Source of the DNA: Felis catus
Taxonomy: Eukaryota
Direction of reading: 5' to 3'
NCBI RefSeq assembly: GCF_018350175.1
Contig: NC_058368.1
Coordinates: 2,728,001-2,792,000 of the forward strand
Length of the DNA: 64,000 nucleotides
Position numbers and translations under genes: made by a program. This document shows, piece by piece, positions 50,605 to 63,500 of the stretch. Position 1 is the stretch's first letter. The number at the start of each line of letters is the position of its first letter. Under the pieces are notes generated by a model, which was given only the letters and a program-made list of their open reading frames with translations, was not told the DNA's origin and did no database searches.

Positions 50605-52532
50605 AAAAGATATCCTGCCTTCCAATGTGTCTTCATGGAGTCACAAGGCTTCAAATCAAGAGATACCCTGCCTTCCCATGTGTCTTCGTAGAGTCATAGG
50701 TCTGCAAATCAAGAGATATCCTGCCTTCCGATGTGTCTTCATAGAGTCATAGGGCTGCAAATCAAGAGATATCCTGTCTTCCGATGTATCTTCATGGAGT
50801 CATAGGGCTGCAAATCAAGGGATACCCTGTCTTCCGATGTTTCAGAGTCATAAGGCTGCAAATCAAGAGATATCCTGCCTTCCGATGTGTCTTCATAGAG
50901 TCATAGGTCTGCAAATCAAGAGATATCCTGTCTTCCGATGTATCTTCATGGAGTCATAGGGCTGCAAATCAAGAGATATCCTGCCTTCCGATGGGTCTTC
51001 GTAGAGTCACAGGGCTGCAAATCAAGAGATATCCTGTCTTCCGATGTATCTTCATGGAGTCATAGGGCTGCAAATCAAGAGATATCCTGCCTTCTGATGT
51101 GTCTTCGTAGAGTCATAGGGCTGCAAATCAAGAGATATCCTGCCTTCTGATGTATCTTCGTGGAGTCATAGGGCTGCAAATCAAGAGATATCCTGTCTTC
51201 CGATGTATCTTCATGGAGTCATAGGGCTGCAAACCAAGGGATACCCTGCCTTCTGATGTTTCAGAGTCATAGGGCTGCAAATCAAGAGATATCTTGCCTT
51301 CCGATGTGTCTTCATAGAGTCATAGGGCTGCAAATCAAGAGATATCCTGCCTTCCAATGTATCTTCATGGAGTCATAGGGCTGCAAATCAAGAGATGTCC
51401 TGCCTTCCGATGTATCTTCATGGAGTCATAGGTCTGCAAATCAAAAGATATCCTGCCTTCCGATGTTTCAGAGTCACAGGGCTGCAAATCAAGAGATGTC
51501 CTCCTTTCCGATGTATCTTCATGGAGTCATAGGGTTGCAGATCAAGAGATATCCTGCCTTCCAATGTTTCAGCGTCATACAGCTGCAAATCAAGAGATAT
51601 CCTGTCTTCCGATGTATCTTCATGGAGTCATAGGGCTGCAAATCAAGAGATATCCTGTCTTCTGATGTGTCTTCGTAGAGTCACAGGGCTGCAAATCAAG
51701 ATATATCCTGCCTTCGGATGTGTCTTCATGGAGTCATAGGGCTGCAAATCAAGATATATCCTGCCTTCTGATGTATCTTCGTGGAGTCATAGGGCTGCAA
51801 ATGAAGAGATATCCTGCCTTCCGATGTATCTTCGTGGAGTCATAGGGCTGCAAATCAAGAGATATCCTGCCTTCTGATGTGTCTTCATGGAGTCATAGGG
51901 CTGCAAATCAAGAGATGTCCTGCCTTCAGATGTATCTTCATGGAGTCATAGGGCTGCAAATCAAGAGATATCTTGCCTTCCGATGTGTCTTCACAGAGTC
52001 ATAGGGCTGCAAATCAAGAGATATCCTGCCTTCCAATGTTTCAGATTCATAGGGCTGCAAATCAAGAGATGTCCTGCCTTCTGATGTATCTTCTAGAGTC
52101 ACAGGGCTGAAAATCAAGAGATATCCTGCCTTCCGATGTATCTTCATGGAGTCATAGGGCTGCAAATCAAGAGATGTCCTGCCTTCCGATGTATCTTCAT
52201 GGAGTCATAGGTCTGCAAATCAAAAGATATCCTGCCTTCCGATGTTTCAGAGTCACAGGGCTGCAAATCAAGAGATGTCCTGCTTTCCGATGTATCTTCA
52301 TGGAGTCATAAGGCTGCAAATCAAGAGATGTCCTGCCTTCCGATGTATCTTCGTGGAGTCATAGGGTTGCAGATCAAGAGATATCCTGCCTTCCGATGTT
52401 TCAGCGTCATACAGCTGCAAATCAAGAGATACCCTGTCTTCCGATGTATCTTCATAGAGTCATAGGGCTGCAAATCAAGAGATATCCTGCCTTCTGATGT
52501 GTCTTCATGGACTCATAGGGCTGCAAATCAAG
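50605..52532 (+). repeat. Minisatellite (VNTR-like), 37 units of 53/48 bp
   Basis: Consensus AAGAGATATCCTGCCTTCCGATGTATCTTCATGGAGTCATAGGGCTGCAAATC; 29 x 53 + 7 x 48 + 1 x 52 = 1925 bp, matching 50605-52529 exactly. Confidence 0.97.
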
Positions 52533-53265
52533 GAAGTCATGCACGTTTTGAATGGAGCTACCATCGGTGTCCCAAGTCAGCTTTCTGATCACAAAGCCTG
52601 GTTGAGAGCCGTTAGTCTAGTGCACTCTTTATCTGTCAAGTGTCTGCTTCAACACAGCTGTACGATGCACACGTTTTCATAATAGACCCCTGTCTTTGAA
52701 TTCCAAGGCCAGATGAAGCTGCAGTAGGAGCTGGGGGTCAGCACAGCCCAGGAGTCTGAGCTGCAGGGGAAGAGGGGAGGCTGCGACTCGCTGTCTGGGT
52801 GCCGGAGGGAGCCGGGTGCCATTTTTAGGTCGGAGTGGGGGCTGGGGGTGGGGCCAAAGGCCCGGAGCCACGGAAGGTGAGTGTAGAGACAGCGGTTGAA
52901 ATCGGATGGATTAGGGAGATGAAAAAGGGAGAAAGATGAGAGGTAGGGGATTAACAGAAAAGAAGTGTCAACCCCGTAAGAGAAGCCTTGGGTTTTATGG
53001 AATGTGCTCTGTGTAAAAATAACAGCATTTTGATGTCTCTTCCAGGCTTTTCATAGCAAGACAGCTGCAGAGGCAGAGAAAAATGCAGAGCCCGGAGCGG
53101 GAGGAGTGTGCTCAGGGGATGCCCGACCTGCACGAGCGGTCTCCGGGGTCATCTACCCATGGTGCTCCCTTACTGCACACACAACCTGAGGACCCAGCCC
53201 TGCCGCTGCCTGGATCTGTCCTTTAGGGGCACTTTATGGGAAGCGTGTTGTTTGTGAAGGCATTA

Positions 53266-53373
53266 TTGCACACTTAAAGAACTCTCACGGTGTGTTGCAC
53301 GCTTAACTCTCACGATGCATTGTACACTTAAGGAACTCACAGTGAATTGCACACTTGAAGAACTCTCACGGTG
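53266..53373. repeat. Degenerate tandem repeat, 4 units of 25-29 bp
   Basis: Consensus TTGCACACTTAAAGAACTCTCACGGTG. Confidence 0.8.
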
Positions 53374-55392
53374 AGAGCCACGCTCATCTCTTAAACACTG
53401 GTCAGGCCGTGTCGTTTCAGGCACGGCTAGGGGTGTGCATGCCCGCACACGCACACGTGCACGAGTGCACACACATGTGCATGCCCAGGCGCACACACAC
53501 GTTCCGAGATGGTTTAACTTGAGGGCTTCGCTCTGTCTTGGGTGCTGTTAAAGTATTTAACACGAGGCGGTGCACATTTACAGACAAAAGGGCTGTCACT
53601 TGGATGCCCGCGCGTGGAAAGATGTGCTTGTTGGCCACAAAGAGCTCCATTTCCGTACAGTTAATCTTAGGAGCTTCTGTTCACGCTCAATTCTAATTTC
53701 CACTCTGTAGAGACTTGCCTCTGCTGTTTGGACAGGTGAGAGCATCAAATGCACCATTCTGTTAAAATAATAGCTTGTTTGTGTGAGGACAGAAGCATTT
53801 TAGCATGTATCAGTTACTCTATCTATTTTGATGGCTTTTTATTTGTGGAATATTGGAATATTTTTATCTGTGAATCTTCTCAGTTGTTTTTGGAAGAGAG
53901 ATTTTTAGAAAAACATGAATGATGGGCACAGCCACGGTCGGCCAATTCTAAATTAAATATTTTCTGCTTGATCTTGCCATTTTATTTTTGAAAGAGAGAA
54001 ATTAGCACGAGTTCATTTACTATCTCGCAAGGTCCAAGCCAGAAATAATTCCATAATCCGGAAGGATGGCTCCTCTTTAATGCTCCGGGTTTAAGCCTTA
54101 AAACAGTTCTTTAAATGCACGTGCTTTCTTTTGTGTTTCTTTAGGCATTGGACTTTGGGCTCTGTCTAGTGCACATCTTCTTTCTTCTAAATTCTCCTTA
54201 AAACGATTCTCTTTTGGGGAGTCTTTGCAGGGCTTTGTGTTCAGCATTCATATTTTTGTCATGGGGATGGAGGAAATTTGTGTTCCTCATTGGATTCTGC
54301 GCCAGGTGGGAGGGGGCTGGATCCAAAATGTAAAACACAGTTAAAACCAACTGTAACCCCGAGAGGACAGCCCGGGACAAGGAATCCTTTGCATGTCGTG
54401 GTTCTTTCATTCTTTGTGATAACCTGCCACCAGACGGGCTGCAGCTCCTTGGATCGGCCCGCCTCAAGTTGATATCCTGCAGTGAAATTTGAGTTTTGAT
54501 GAATGTTGTATAATGAGACCCACTTAAAGTGCTCTGAGCCTAAAATCTCATGAAAAACATTTCTGTAAGATCCTTTCCATATTTCCTGTTTCTAGGAATG
54601 TAATTAGATTTATGTATGACTTCAGAGGCTGTCATAGCTTCGGTTATGGTTTCAACTAGGGTGGGCTCCAGTCAGAGCTGTAACATTGCCAAGTGCCTTG
54701 TTGGCGCCCTTTTCCCGGTGCCCATTTGACTTGCCTGGGACCCCTCTGCAGGGTCCACGGGGCCAGACATCGTTCTTGGGGGAGGCCTGGCTTTATGCCA
54801 TGACTCCCACCCCCTTCTCATCTGTTCGTTGGTCCATCCGTTCATTCATTCTTTCATACAACAAATTTTCACCGAGAACCTACTAGGAACCGGGTATTCT
54901 GGTCGGCCTGGAATCCAGAAGAGGACAGCACCCGCCCCCCCTCCTGCCCCCAGGTCTTTCCGGTCTGTGTGTAAGTTACAACAGGAAATAATTCCTGCCG
55001 CAGCAGGTCGGGGAAAGTGGGGAAGTGGGTGTGAAGGGCAGGTGGGCCAGGCAGGAACCCTCCAACAGGGAGTCTCTGAGGGCGGGACAAGGGGCCCGCT
55101 CTTGCAGAATCCAGCAGGAAACCAGTGGGCCGGAGCATGGAGAAGGAAGGGCAGGTGGGCAGATGCCATGGTTCTTTACAACCTTTGAAGATACTGTAGA
55201 AGTTGTACTGGACTAGTGTTGTTTTGGTTGTTAGGGTACCATTTAAAAATATTTCCTAATTGCTGATAATCCCCAGGTCATGTAGACCTCTTGTGAATAC
55301 ACTCCAACTTTTACCGTTAGTAATCAAAATTGCAACACTTCAAAGAAAGGTCAACGTGTCACGTGGAATTTTTGCAGTATAAATCAATTTCC

Positions 55393-55581
55393 TTTTTTTA
55401 AAAAAAATATTTATTTATTTTTATTTGAGAGGGAGAGAGAGAGAGAAAGGGTGAGCGGGGGAGAGGGACAGAGGGAGAGAATCTCCATGCTTAGCGCGGC
55501 TCTATCCCGCGTCCCTGGGATCTTGACCTGAGCTGAAATCAAGAATCAGATGCTGCACCGAGTGAGCCACCCAGGCGCCCC
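55393..55581 (-). mobile_element. Can-SINE, older diverged copy
   Basis: GATCTTGACCTGAGCTGAAATCAAGAATCAG...GAGCCACCCAGGCGCCCC. Confidence 0.88.
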
Positions 55582-56155
55582 GGTTGCCTTTGAATCCGTG
55601 TTTCTGTCATTTTCTACCTTGTGAAAGTTTTAGAATTTTCACAGTTCTTCTGCCAATTTCTCAAACAGCACGTCGCCTTTGGTTTGCTAGTTCTAATGCC
55701 GGTATCCGAGTCACTTTGTAACGTTTCTGGTTTTGCTTTTGCTTTTGCTTCTCCCTCTGGGTCATTTCTTCCTTTCCCTCCTCTTAGCATTCGGCAGGTT
55801 AATCATTTCGATGGCGTTCTGTGACTTGGCTTGCTTTTATATCTCTCCTCTAAACTCATTTTCATTAGGATTTTATTTTAAATCGTCCTGTTTCGTTATG
55901 TGTAGTTCTTAAGAAACTTCCACTGTGCTTCAGAGTTTGCATGGATATAAATGTTAAGTAAATATGTTTATCCTTCCCTATTGATGCCTGCTATCGTTCC
56001 CTTAGCACATTGCTTTTCAAGGCCTTTTCTGTGCCTAACATAATGATAGGCTTTGGGAAAATACAGATTAAATAAAATCTATAGCTTATTAATGTAGAGA
56101 GTCGAAATAATAGAACTTTATCTGAAGTCTCTTGGTCCTTTTAGGCAGCATTTTA

Positions 56156-56606
56156 TTAAAAAATTTTTTTTAATGTTTATTTATTTTTTAAGAGAGAGAG
56201 GGCTCCTGGGTGGCTCAGTCGGTTAAGCGGCCGATTTCGGCTCAGGTCATGATCTCGCGGTCCATGGGTTCGAGCCCCGCATTGGGCTCTGTGCTGACCA
56301 CTCAGAGCCTGGAGCCTATTTCAGATTCTGTGTCTCCCTCTCTCTCTGACCCTCCCCCATTCATGCTCTGTCTCTCTCTGTCTCAAAAATAAAAATAAAC
56401 GTTAAAAAAAATTAAAAAAAAAAAAGAGAGAGAGAGACACACAGAGTGTGAGTAGGGGAGGAGCAGAGACAGAGGGAGACACAGAATCCGAAGCAGACTC
56501 CAGGCTCTGAGCTGTCAGCACAGAGCCCGACTTGAACCCACAAACCATGAGATCATGACCTGAGCCGAAGTCGGACGCCCAACCTACTGAGCTACCCAGG
56601 TGCCTC
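56156..56606 (-). mobile_element. Can-SINE (host), split by a nested SINE
   Basis: Tail at 56156-56200, body resumes at 56424; TSD TAGGCAGCATTTTA at 56142-56155 and 56608-56621. Confidence 0.93.
56200..56423 (+). mobile_element. Can-SINE nested in opposite orientation inside the host SINE
   Basis: GGGCTCCTGGGTGGCTCAGTCGGTTAAGCGG head, A tail; TSD AAGAGAGAGAG at 56190-56200 and 56424-56434. Confidence 0.95.
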
Positions 56607-57339
56607 ATAGGCAGCATTTTACTTTAGTAAGTGTAGTTTATTATTCTGTAGAAATGGGCGACATCCCCACTATTTGTCTATAATGATCTGGTTATGGGAT
56701 GTGATACCAGCTTTTTGTGTTCCTTCTAGTGGCACACAAGGGCTTCATCAAGGCTTTGGCATAAAATTGTGTTTCTACTAACTGACTTTTAGGTCAAATG
56801 TTGGTAGCACTTGACTTTTTGTGGGTGTGATTTTTGCAGACCCAAAAGTTACCTTCTTAAAAGTTACTAGCTAATTCCTTATTTCTTTTTCCTTCTCCCT
56901 CTTTCTCAAACAACAACAACAACAACACAAAACGCACCAAAAAACCCCAAAACTTCTCACACACTGATTAGCTCCAAGCTACTGTGGGCCTTTGAACTAT
57001 TTAGGTCAGGGCACTTTCTAAATGACACCCATTCAGGTTCTCTGCTGAATGTGTAAATGGATTTCGGAGGATAGCACACACAGCACTGCCATTTTTTTCA
57101 CCAGTAAATACAACATCCAACAAGGCCAACTCTAGTCTTATTACTTGGTGGGTGCTTTTCCAAATGGTTACTGAGATTTCAATGTATGGCAAACTATGGC
57201 ATGGGAACCTGAACAATTGTGCTGACTTGGATGGGATTATACCATGTTCCACGCATGCTGGCTTCATGTTCCACCAACTAATTACAAAACAGCCAATAAA
57301 ACACTACAGATGTGGAATTGTTTACTATTATTTGCTTTG

Positions 57340-57792
57340 CCAATCAAGTGTCAGCTCAGAACACAGAATCCACTTTAGGTATTTTAAGCAGAAATGAGTG
57401 TGTTTTAGGGGGTTTGGTGCTCACACAATAACTGGAAGGGCTAGAGAGGTAGACACCAGGCTAGAATTCTGGAAATAATTTCTAGAACAAAGCCTTTGCC
57501 CTGGTCCAGGAAGGGGGAGCCTGACGCTGGGAATGGACACTTGAAAGCAAGATCTTTTTCCTGTCTCACCTGTAATGGCCTCTTACTACCCAGGGCGGGG
57601 GGTGGGGGGAAGTCCCTCCTCTACCTTACTTCCATCCTTAAAGTCTTAATGACATTTCATTTTCTCAGCATCTTTAGCTGAAAGGGAGTCTGGGAAATGT
57701 AGCTCTCAGCCTCTCTGCTTCTACAGGGCACAGAAATACTCTGGAAGGGCTGGAGAATGAATACTGGACGCCAGTGAATTACACCCACCAGA
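57340..57792 (-). mobile_element. Old MaLR LTR remnant (MLT1M/N-like)
   Basis: CAGAATCCACTTTAGGTATTTTAAGCAGAAA...AGCTGAAAGGGAGTCTGGGAAATGTAGC motifs; ends uncertain. Confidence 0.45.
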
Positions 57793-58430
57793 ATTACAGA
57801 AGGGCAAAGCGGTGGGTGTGCAGATGGGTGCCACCTGAGAAGTCTTCTTGTAGTTTCTGTTACTGGAACCTTCTATCATCAGGGCAATCAACCCTCTCCA
57901 CGTTTACCACGCTTGAACAAGACTGTCAGGAAAATTTTAGCAAAGTCTAGGTCTGTTCAAAAAGGGAAGGGAAAGTAAAGTCGGCAGACAGCCCCAGGAG
58001 TTTTAACAGAGTCAAGTTCCCGCTAACGCACCACCCCTCTTCCACCTCAAGAAGCATCTTCCATTAATATAAGATTCACAAGCTACAAGGCCTCCCGTGA
58101 GCTGGAAACATTTGTAATCTAGGTACTTGAAAACTTTGTGATGGTAAGATGTCATATATCATTGACAAGGCCAGCAGGCACGTTTTAGGCCACAGCCATG
58201 TTGGACACCTTGTGCAGTGGGTCTTGGAGGTGATGCCAAGGCATCGCGGTGCATCCTGGAGTGAGACACATAAACTCCGGTTGTTAGGAGAGCGGTGTCC
58301 CTGCCACCAACTGCTTAAGGGGTGACAGGGAGCCGGGGCTTGAAGGACGCCCAGGGCATCATCGGGAGAAAGTGTCCACTCCAGGCAGAGGCACCAGGCT
58401 AGGTAGAAATGCAGCAGGGTCTACTGGATT

Positions 58431-59325
58431 CAAAAAACTCAACACCCACAAAGCAAATAATCTGATTAAAATGGTCAGAAGACGTGAACAGACGTTTCTC
58501 CAAAGAAGACATCCAGGTGGCCAACAGGCACATGAAAAGATGCTCAACGTCACTCACCAGCGGGGAAACGCACGTCCAAACTACAATGAGATGTCACCTC
58601 CCACCTGTCAGAGTGGCCAAACTCAACAACGTATGAAGCAAAATGTGTTGGTGCAGCTGTGGAGAAAAAGGAGCCCCCTTGCACTCTTGGTGGGAATGCA
58701 AACCGGTGGCAGCCACCATGGAGGTTCCCCAGAAAGTTAAAACTAGAACGGGCCTACGACCCAGTGATTGCACTACGAGGTATTTACCCCCCAAATACAA
58801 AAACACGAATTCAAAGGGATACGTGCACCCCTATGTTTATTGCAGCATCATTTACAGTAGCCAAACATTAGCAGCATCTCAAGTGTCTGATGAATGGATA
58901 AAGACGCAGTATATGTACAATGGCTTATTACTCAGTCAAAAAACTCGGAATCTTGCCATTTGTAATGATGTGGACGGAGCTAGAGAGTATAATGCTAGGC
59001 GAAATAAGTCGGTCAGAGAAAGACAGATACCATAGGATTTCACTCATATGTGGAATTTAAGAAATAAAACAAAAGGACAAAAGGAAAAAAGAGAGGGACA
59101 AACCAAGAAACAGACTGTTAACTACACAGAACAAATTGATGGTTAGCAGAGGGGAAGGGGGTGGGGGGATGGGAGAAAAAGGTGGAGGGTGTTCAGAGGA
59201 CTCTTATCACGATGAGCACTGAGGAACGTACAGACATGTCGAGGCACTGTATTGTATGCTTGAAACCACAATAGCACTGTGCGCTAACTCCACTGGCATT
59301 AAAAAACTTAATGAAAAAAAGAAAA
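58431..59325 (+). mobile_element. 5'-truncated, decayed carnivore L1 (L1_Carn-like) ORF2 3' part and 3'UTR
   Basis: TTTCTCCAAAGAAGACATCC, CATGAAAAGATGCTCAAC, CTTGGTGGGAATGCAAAC, DTCTPMFIAA-like translation, GGATTTCACTCATATGTGGAATTTAAGAAA; frameshifted. Confidence 0.93.
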
Positions 59326-60374
59326 CAACCGGAGTGTAATTTTCTTCTTGCTAGTTTGGCACCAGATGGAGAATGGTGGAGACTTATCATTCACCATAAC
59401 AATTTTTGGGTACAATTTTATAAGGAAACTCTTGCCTTGGTTTCTAACAAGACCCTGCGGCCTCAAGGCTCTGAAGAGATTTTGCGGTTTGGTTTTATTT
59501 TCATAGAAAGACCGAAAAACCTCCGGAGCACAAATCGATTCTGTGTTTTGGGGTTGCTGTGTAGCTTCTGACAACCACAAAGCTCTCAGGCTCTCAAACT
59601 TCTGTTAACTGCAATGAGCAAGAAGTCCTTCAAATTCAGGGAAGCTCGCGAGCCCTGCAGGAATTTCACAGCATTCTGTTTGCCTGCCATTGGCCAGATG
59701 CCTCTTTTTAGTCCTGAGTTGGAAGGAAGAGGGCCTATCATTTTATGCTTCTCGAAAGTTTTCCTGAGACGTCGTATCGAGGTATCTCATCTTTAATTCT
59801 GTATCATATTTTTATTGCCTTTATGTTTTAGGTGAAAAATGCCTGTAAATAGCTTAGCCAACTGGAATGGATTCTTTACTCACAAGGGCTTTAATGTCTG
59901 ATGAAAATTGTGTTTTCTCGGGGAAAGAAAGAGAAAATGAGCTTTGCTTCTTTTTTTTTTTTTTTTTTCTGGGTGCTTCCTCAAAGCTTTATTTCTGCAG
60001 TCTGAACCAACATTTGGGCATGAATTTTTTTTTTTTTAAAGGCTTCAGTTACCACTCACCCACATGACTTTCATCCCCTCTCATATAATTATTCTATTTG
60101 TTGGAAGCAAGACATGCTGAAACATTACAGGGAATGTTTCTCTCGCAGGCAGACTGGAAGTGGGATATAACCCTGACCTAAAATAGAGTATGCTGCTGCA
60201 ACTCTAAGCCTAAAATTTATGAATTTGGGAACTGGAACGCGGCATTCTGAGGAACTATTGAGGGAATTGGTATCTAAGGAATAGTTTGGCAATCTGGATT
60301 TATCTTCCCAGAGAAAGTGGCGTAATTATTTAAAGTGTAGTTTCTGTGGACTCTCTTTGGATTTGAAGCTGCTC

Positions 60375-60565
60375 TTAGCCCCCATGTGACCACGGGCGGT
60401 TTCCTTAACCCTCTGTACCCCTGGCTCCTAAAAGTTGGGATAATATTATCATCTGGCTCACAGGATTTTTAAGAGTATTACATGACATTCAACCGCATTC
60501 GTAGAACTTTACGGGACACCTCACAGTCCCTGGGATAGTGAGAGCACCAAATGAATATTATTGCA
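60375..60565 (+). mobile_element. MIR fragment
   Basis: TGTGACCACGGGCGGTTTCCTTAACCCTCTG...GGGATAATA...CACAGTCCCTGGGATAGTGAGAGCAC. Confidence 0.55.
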
Positions 60566-63500
60566 ATTGAGGCTATTAAGGACTTTCTGTCCAGCCTCGT
60601 CCTACATATACACCTCTGGTGCTTTATCTGCTAAATTGAAATAGATGCTGGGCAACTTGGTAGATTATTGTTATTTATTTCTAATGGAGCCATTTACCGG
60701 CTCGGGAATGTGCTGTTTCTCCCAAGTGCTACCCGTGGCCGTGGATAGATGTATCTGGTATAGTGCGGAGACAAAATCAGGTGGTTGTAATAAGATGATA
60801 AGCTGCAATATCGTGTGAGATGGCCTCTATATATGCATTACTGAAGTAAACTTTTGTGAAAAGACCATGAGTCAGGAGGACTCATGTGGATGCGCCTCTC
60901 GGAGAGCAGACGGGGTGCTGTTCTCCCGCAAAGAGTCGCCAAGGTGTTCTCACCCCCTCCTGGGGTGCCACCGTCATTTCAAGGGGCCCTTCGCGCTTCA
61001 TTTTTTTTACTGGTAAAACAAGACTGATGCCTGGACTTGAGGTGGTGAGAAACCTTTTTGCAAATTTTTTTTTAGTAGTGATTGAGTATTTAGTACTTAA
61101 TGAAATTAAGTAGGCTACTGCAGTAGATAGTGTGCGATCGGTCCCCAATAAATGGTGGCCAGAAGAGACCAACGGTGTCCCAGAAATGTAGGGACTTGAA
61201 TACTTAAACAAAAATCTTCAAAGTACAATTAGTAAGAAATAGAACTAAGTGACTGGTCACACTTGGTTTCTTTCAAGGATACTGAACGCAGTTTTTTTGT
61301 TTTGTTTTGTTTTTTTTAGCAGGCTGTTTTATTTGTCTTAGTTTCTGGCTCTGGTACTTACTCTATGACCTCAGGCAGGTTACTTACCCCGTCTAAGCAG
61401 TGCAAAGCACACTCTCAGAAACGCAAAGATACCGTCTGTAAAACATTTTGTACACCGTGACGTGCTTGGGTGAAAATTTATGATGCTGTTGTCATTATTT
61501 TTCCTAAAGATCAAGCTAGAGATCTGGTTTCTGGGGCTCCTGTGGGATTATTTACATATGCAGTGGCCTCCATTATTTTCATGCCTGAGTCTGGTTGCGC
61601 CTGGTGGTCGTGAAACAAGGGTCACGGGGTTGCTATGGGCAGCTCACTTTATTCTGCTCCACAGCTACCAAACCAGACCTTACCCTTGACCAATTGCTTT
61701 GAAAATGTCTACCACAGGTTGTGAGCAATTGTGGCTGGGACATCACGAACCCATCCTGGCTCCTGGAGACACAGCTTGTGGGGTCCATCTTGCAGATGGC
61801 AAAGGACCAGCCCTATCTTAGGAGATAAAAGTGGACCCAGAGCAGGGGTCACCCACTGGTTCCTGAGTGTCCTATGGAGATTGATGGGCCTCTACTGGAG
61901 GCTAACATTCTCAGGAGCTCGGCCTGAGCTTGTAGTGTGGGGTTGACCCACTTTACTGGTTTATAGCTTTGGAGTAGAACTCGTCCTACTGGTTAAAACA
62001 GTCAATCTCCTGGGGCTCTGCTGGAATCGGCTGCCATTCCTTGCTTGTCAGTGGCTGGAATATTCCAAAGCAGTCTTTGGGGAGTCCTGCCGGGTTTGAG
62101 TGACCAGAACAGGGATCGTTTCAACCCCCACCCCAAGAGAACACACGTTTGTCGAGTCAAGCAAATTCAGGGTGGAATCTTTAGGGCGCTGGCCCAATGG
62201 CTGTACGTTAGAATCGGCACTGGGATTTTTTTTGGAAAGTCCCATTTCCTGGCCTTGATTCTGGAGATTCTGATTGGCTGGGGCAGTGCAGACGGCAGCA
62301 TGAGAAATGTTCATTTCAATGCTGCGATGACAAACTATCTGCATTTACCGACCGCAACACTTACAGGCACACCCTCATTTTGCTAGGCGTTTATGTATTT
62401 CTGGCTAAATTCTAACTGAGCATGGGAGAAAGGGCTGCATTTTCTGAGAAGCCATTGCTGATTCAGTGGGTCTAGTGTGAGGCCTGTCTCTGGGGATGTG
62501 TTATTTTTTAAGCTCCTCTGATGGTTCTAGGCAGGGTCTGGAATATTGTGACTTACAGAATTTTAAAATGTGAGCCTCTCAAGTGAACCTTGGCATTCCT
62601 GACTCCTCGGACTGTGCCAGGCGTGACCTGGGGCCTTCAGAGGACCCAAAGTTCCTCCAGGGGTCCCAGTGAAGCATTCACCAGGTGCCTGGATAGCATA
62701 ATGCAAACGTTGAGCCCCATGGAATGTTTTGATCACTTAGAAATACCACGTTGCGTGTGTTGGTGGGAGAAAAGCCTCTTCAAACTGAGATGAACCCCTT
62801 TTACCTGACTCCTGTGCTAACACCCCCAACCCTGGCTCATTTAGTTCCTGAGCAAATCCTCCTAATGGTGGTGGGTGCTGGGTGGGGACTGCCTTCAGAG
62901 GTCCCGAGACGAATGGAAAACAGGAGGAGGAAAGGACTTTTGTGCATTGCATTTCCTTCTTTAAAGCAAAATTCTGCACCTTACTTGTTCCAGTCTCACA
63001 CTTTGAGCATACCATGGACAATAGTGGGCACTAAAGGACGTTCCAGCCCTGCCTGGCTCGGTCCCATGGAGGCGAGAGAACGGTGTAGAGACCCAAGGCT
63101 GCCCACCACCTCCTGCTAGTGAACACCACAGTCAGCAATGACTTCTTCCATTACAAAGGAAGGTGACTGTTGATGGGACAGCCAAGGTCTTAGACTAGCA
63201 AAGTGATACTGTGGATTGAAAAGGAATCCTGACCTTACCGAGCCCTCGGCGTATGGCCTGCTATTCCATGACACGGTTTTGAATTGGAAAGCAGTTTTGC
63301 GGGTTGCGATCAATGGGTAGGACGATGCCTTCCTATAGCTCAGAGGAATATGATCCCATAAGTGGTATAAAGTCAGCAGACGGGGGGGGGGGGGGGCAAT
63401 GAACACTTCCAGGAGGAAAAGGAGAAGCACTGAAGGTGGGCTGAAAAGTCAAGCCCTTTGAAGTGATCTATTATTCAAAAACCACAACATTTCTCTGACC

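Noticed and set aside
50605..52532. CRISPR array or repeat-protein gene
   Set aside because: Units are contiguous with no unique spacers and no cas genes, the DNA is mammalian, and the 53-bp period breaks frame with frequent stops.
3359..56606. tRNA genes suggested by A/B-box-like GGTTCGAGCCC motifs
   Set aside because: All lie in tRNA-derived Can-SINE heads followed by CT repeats and A tails.
61700..61980. Possible old LTR remnant
   Set aside because: Too degenerate to assign family or boundaries by eye.
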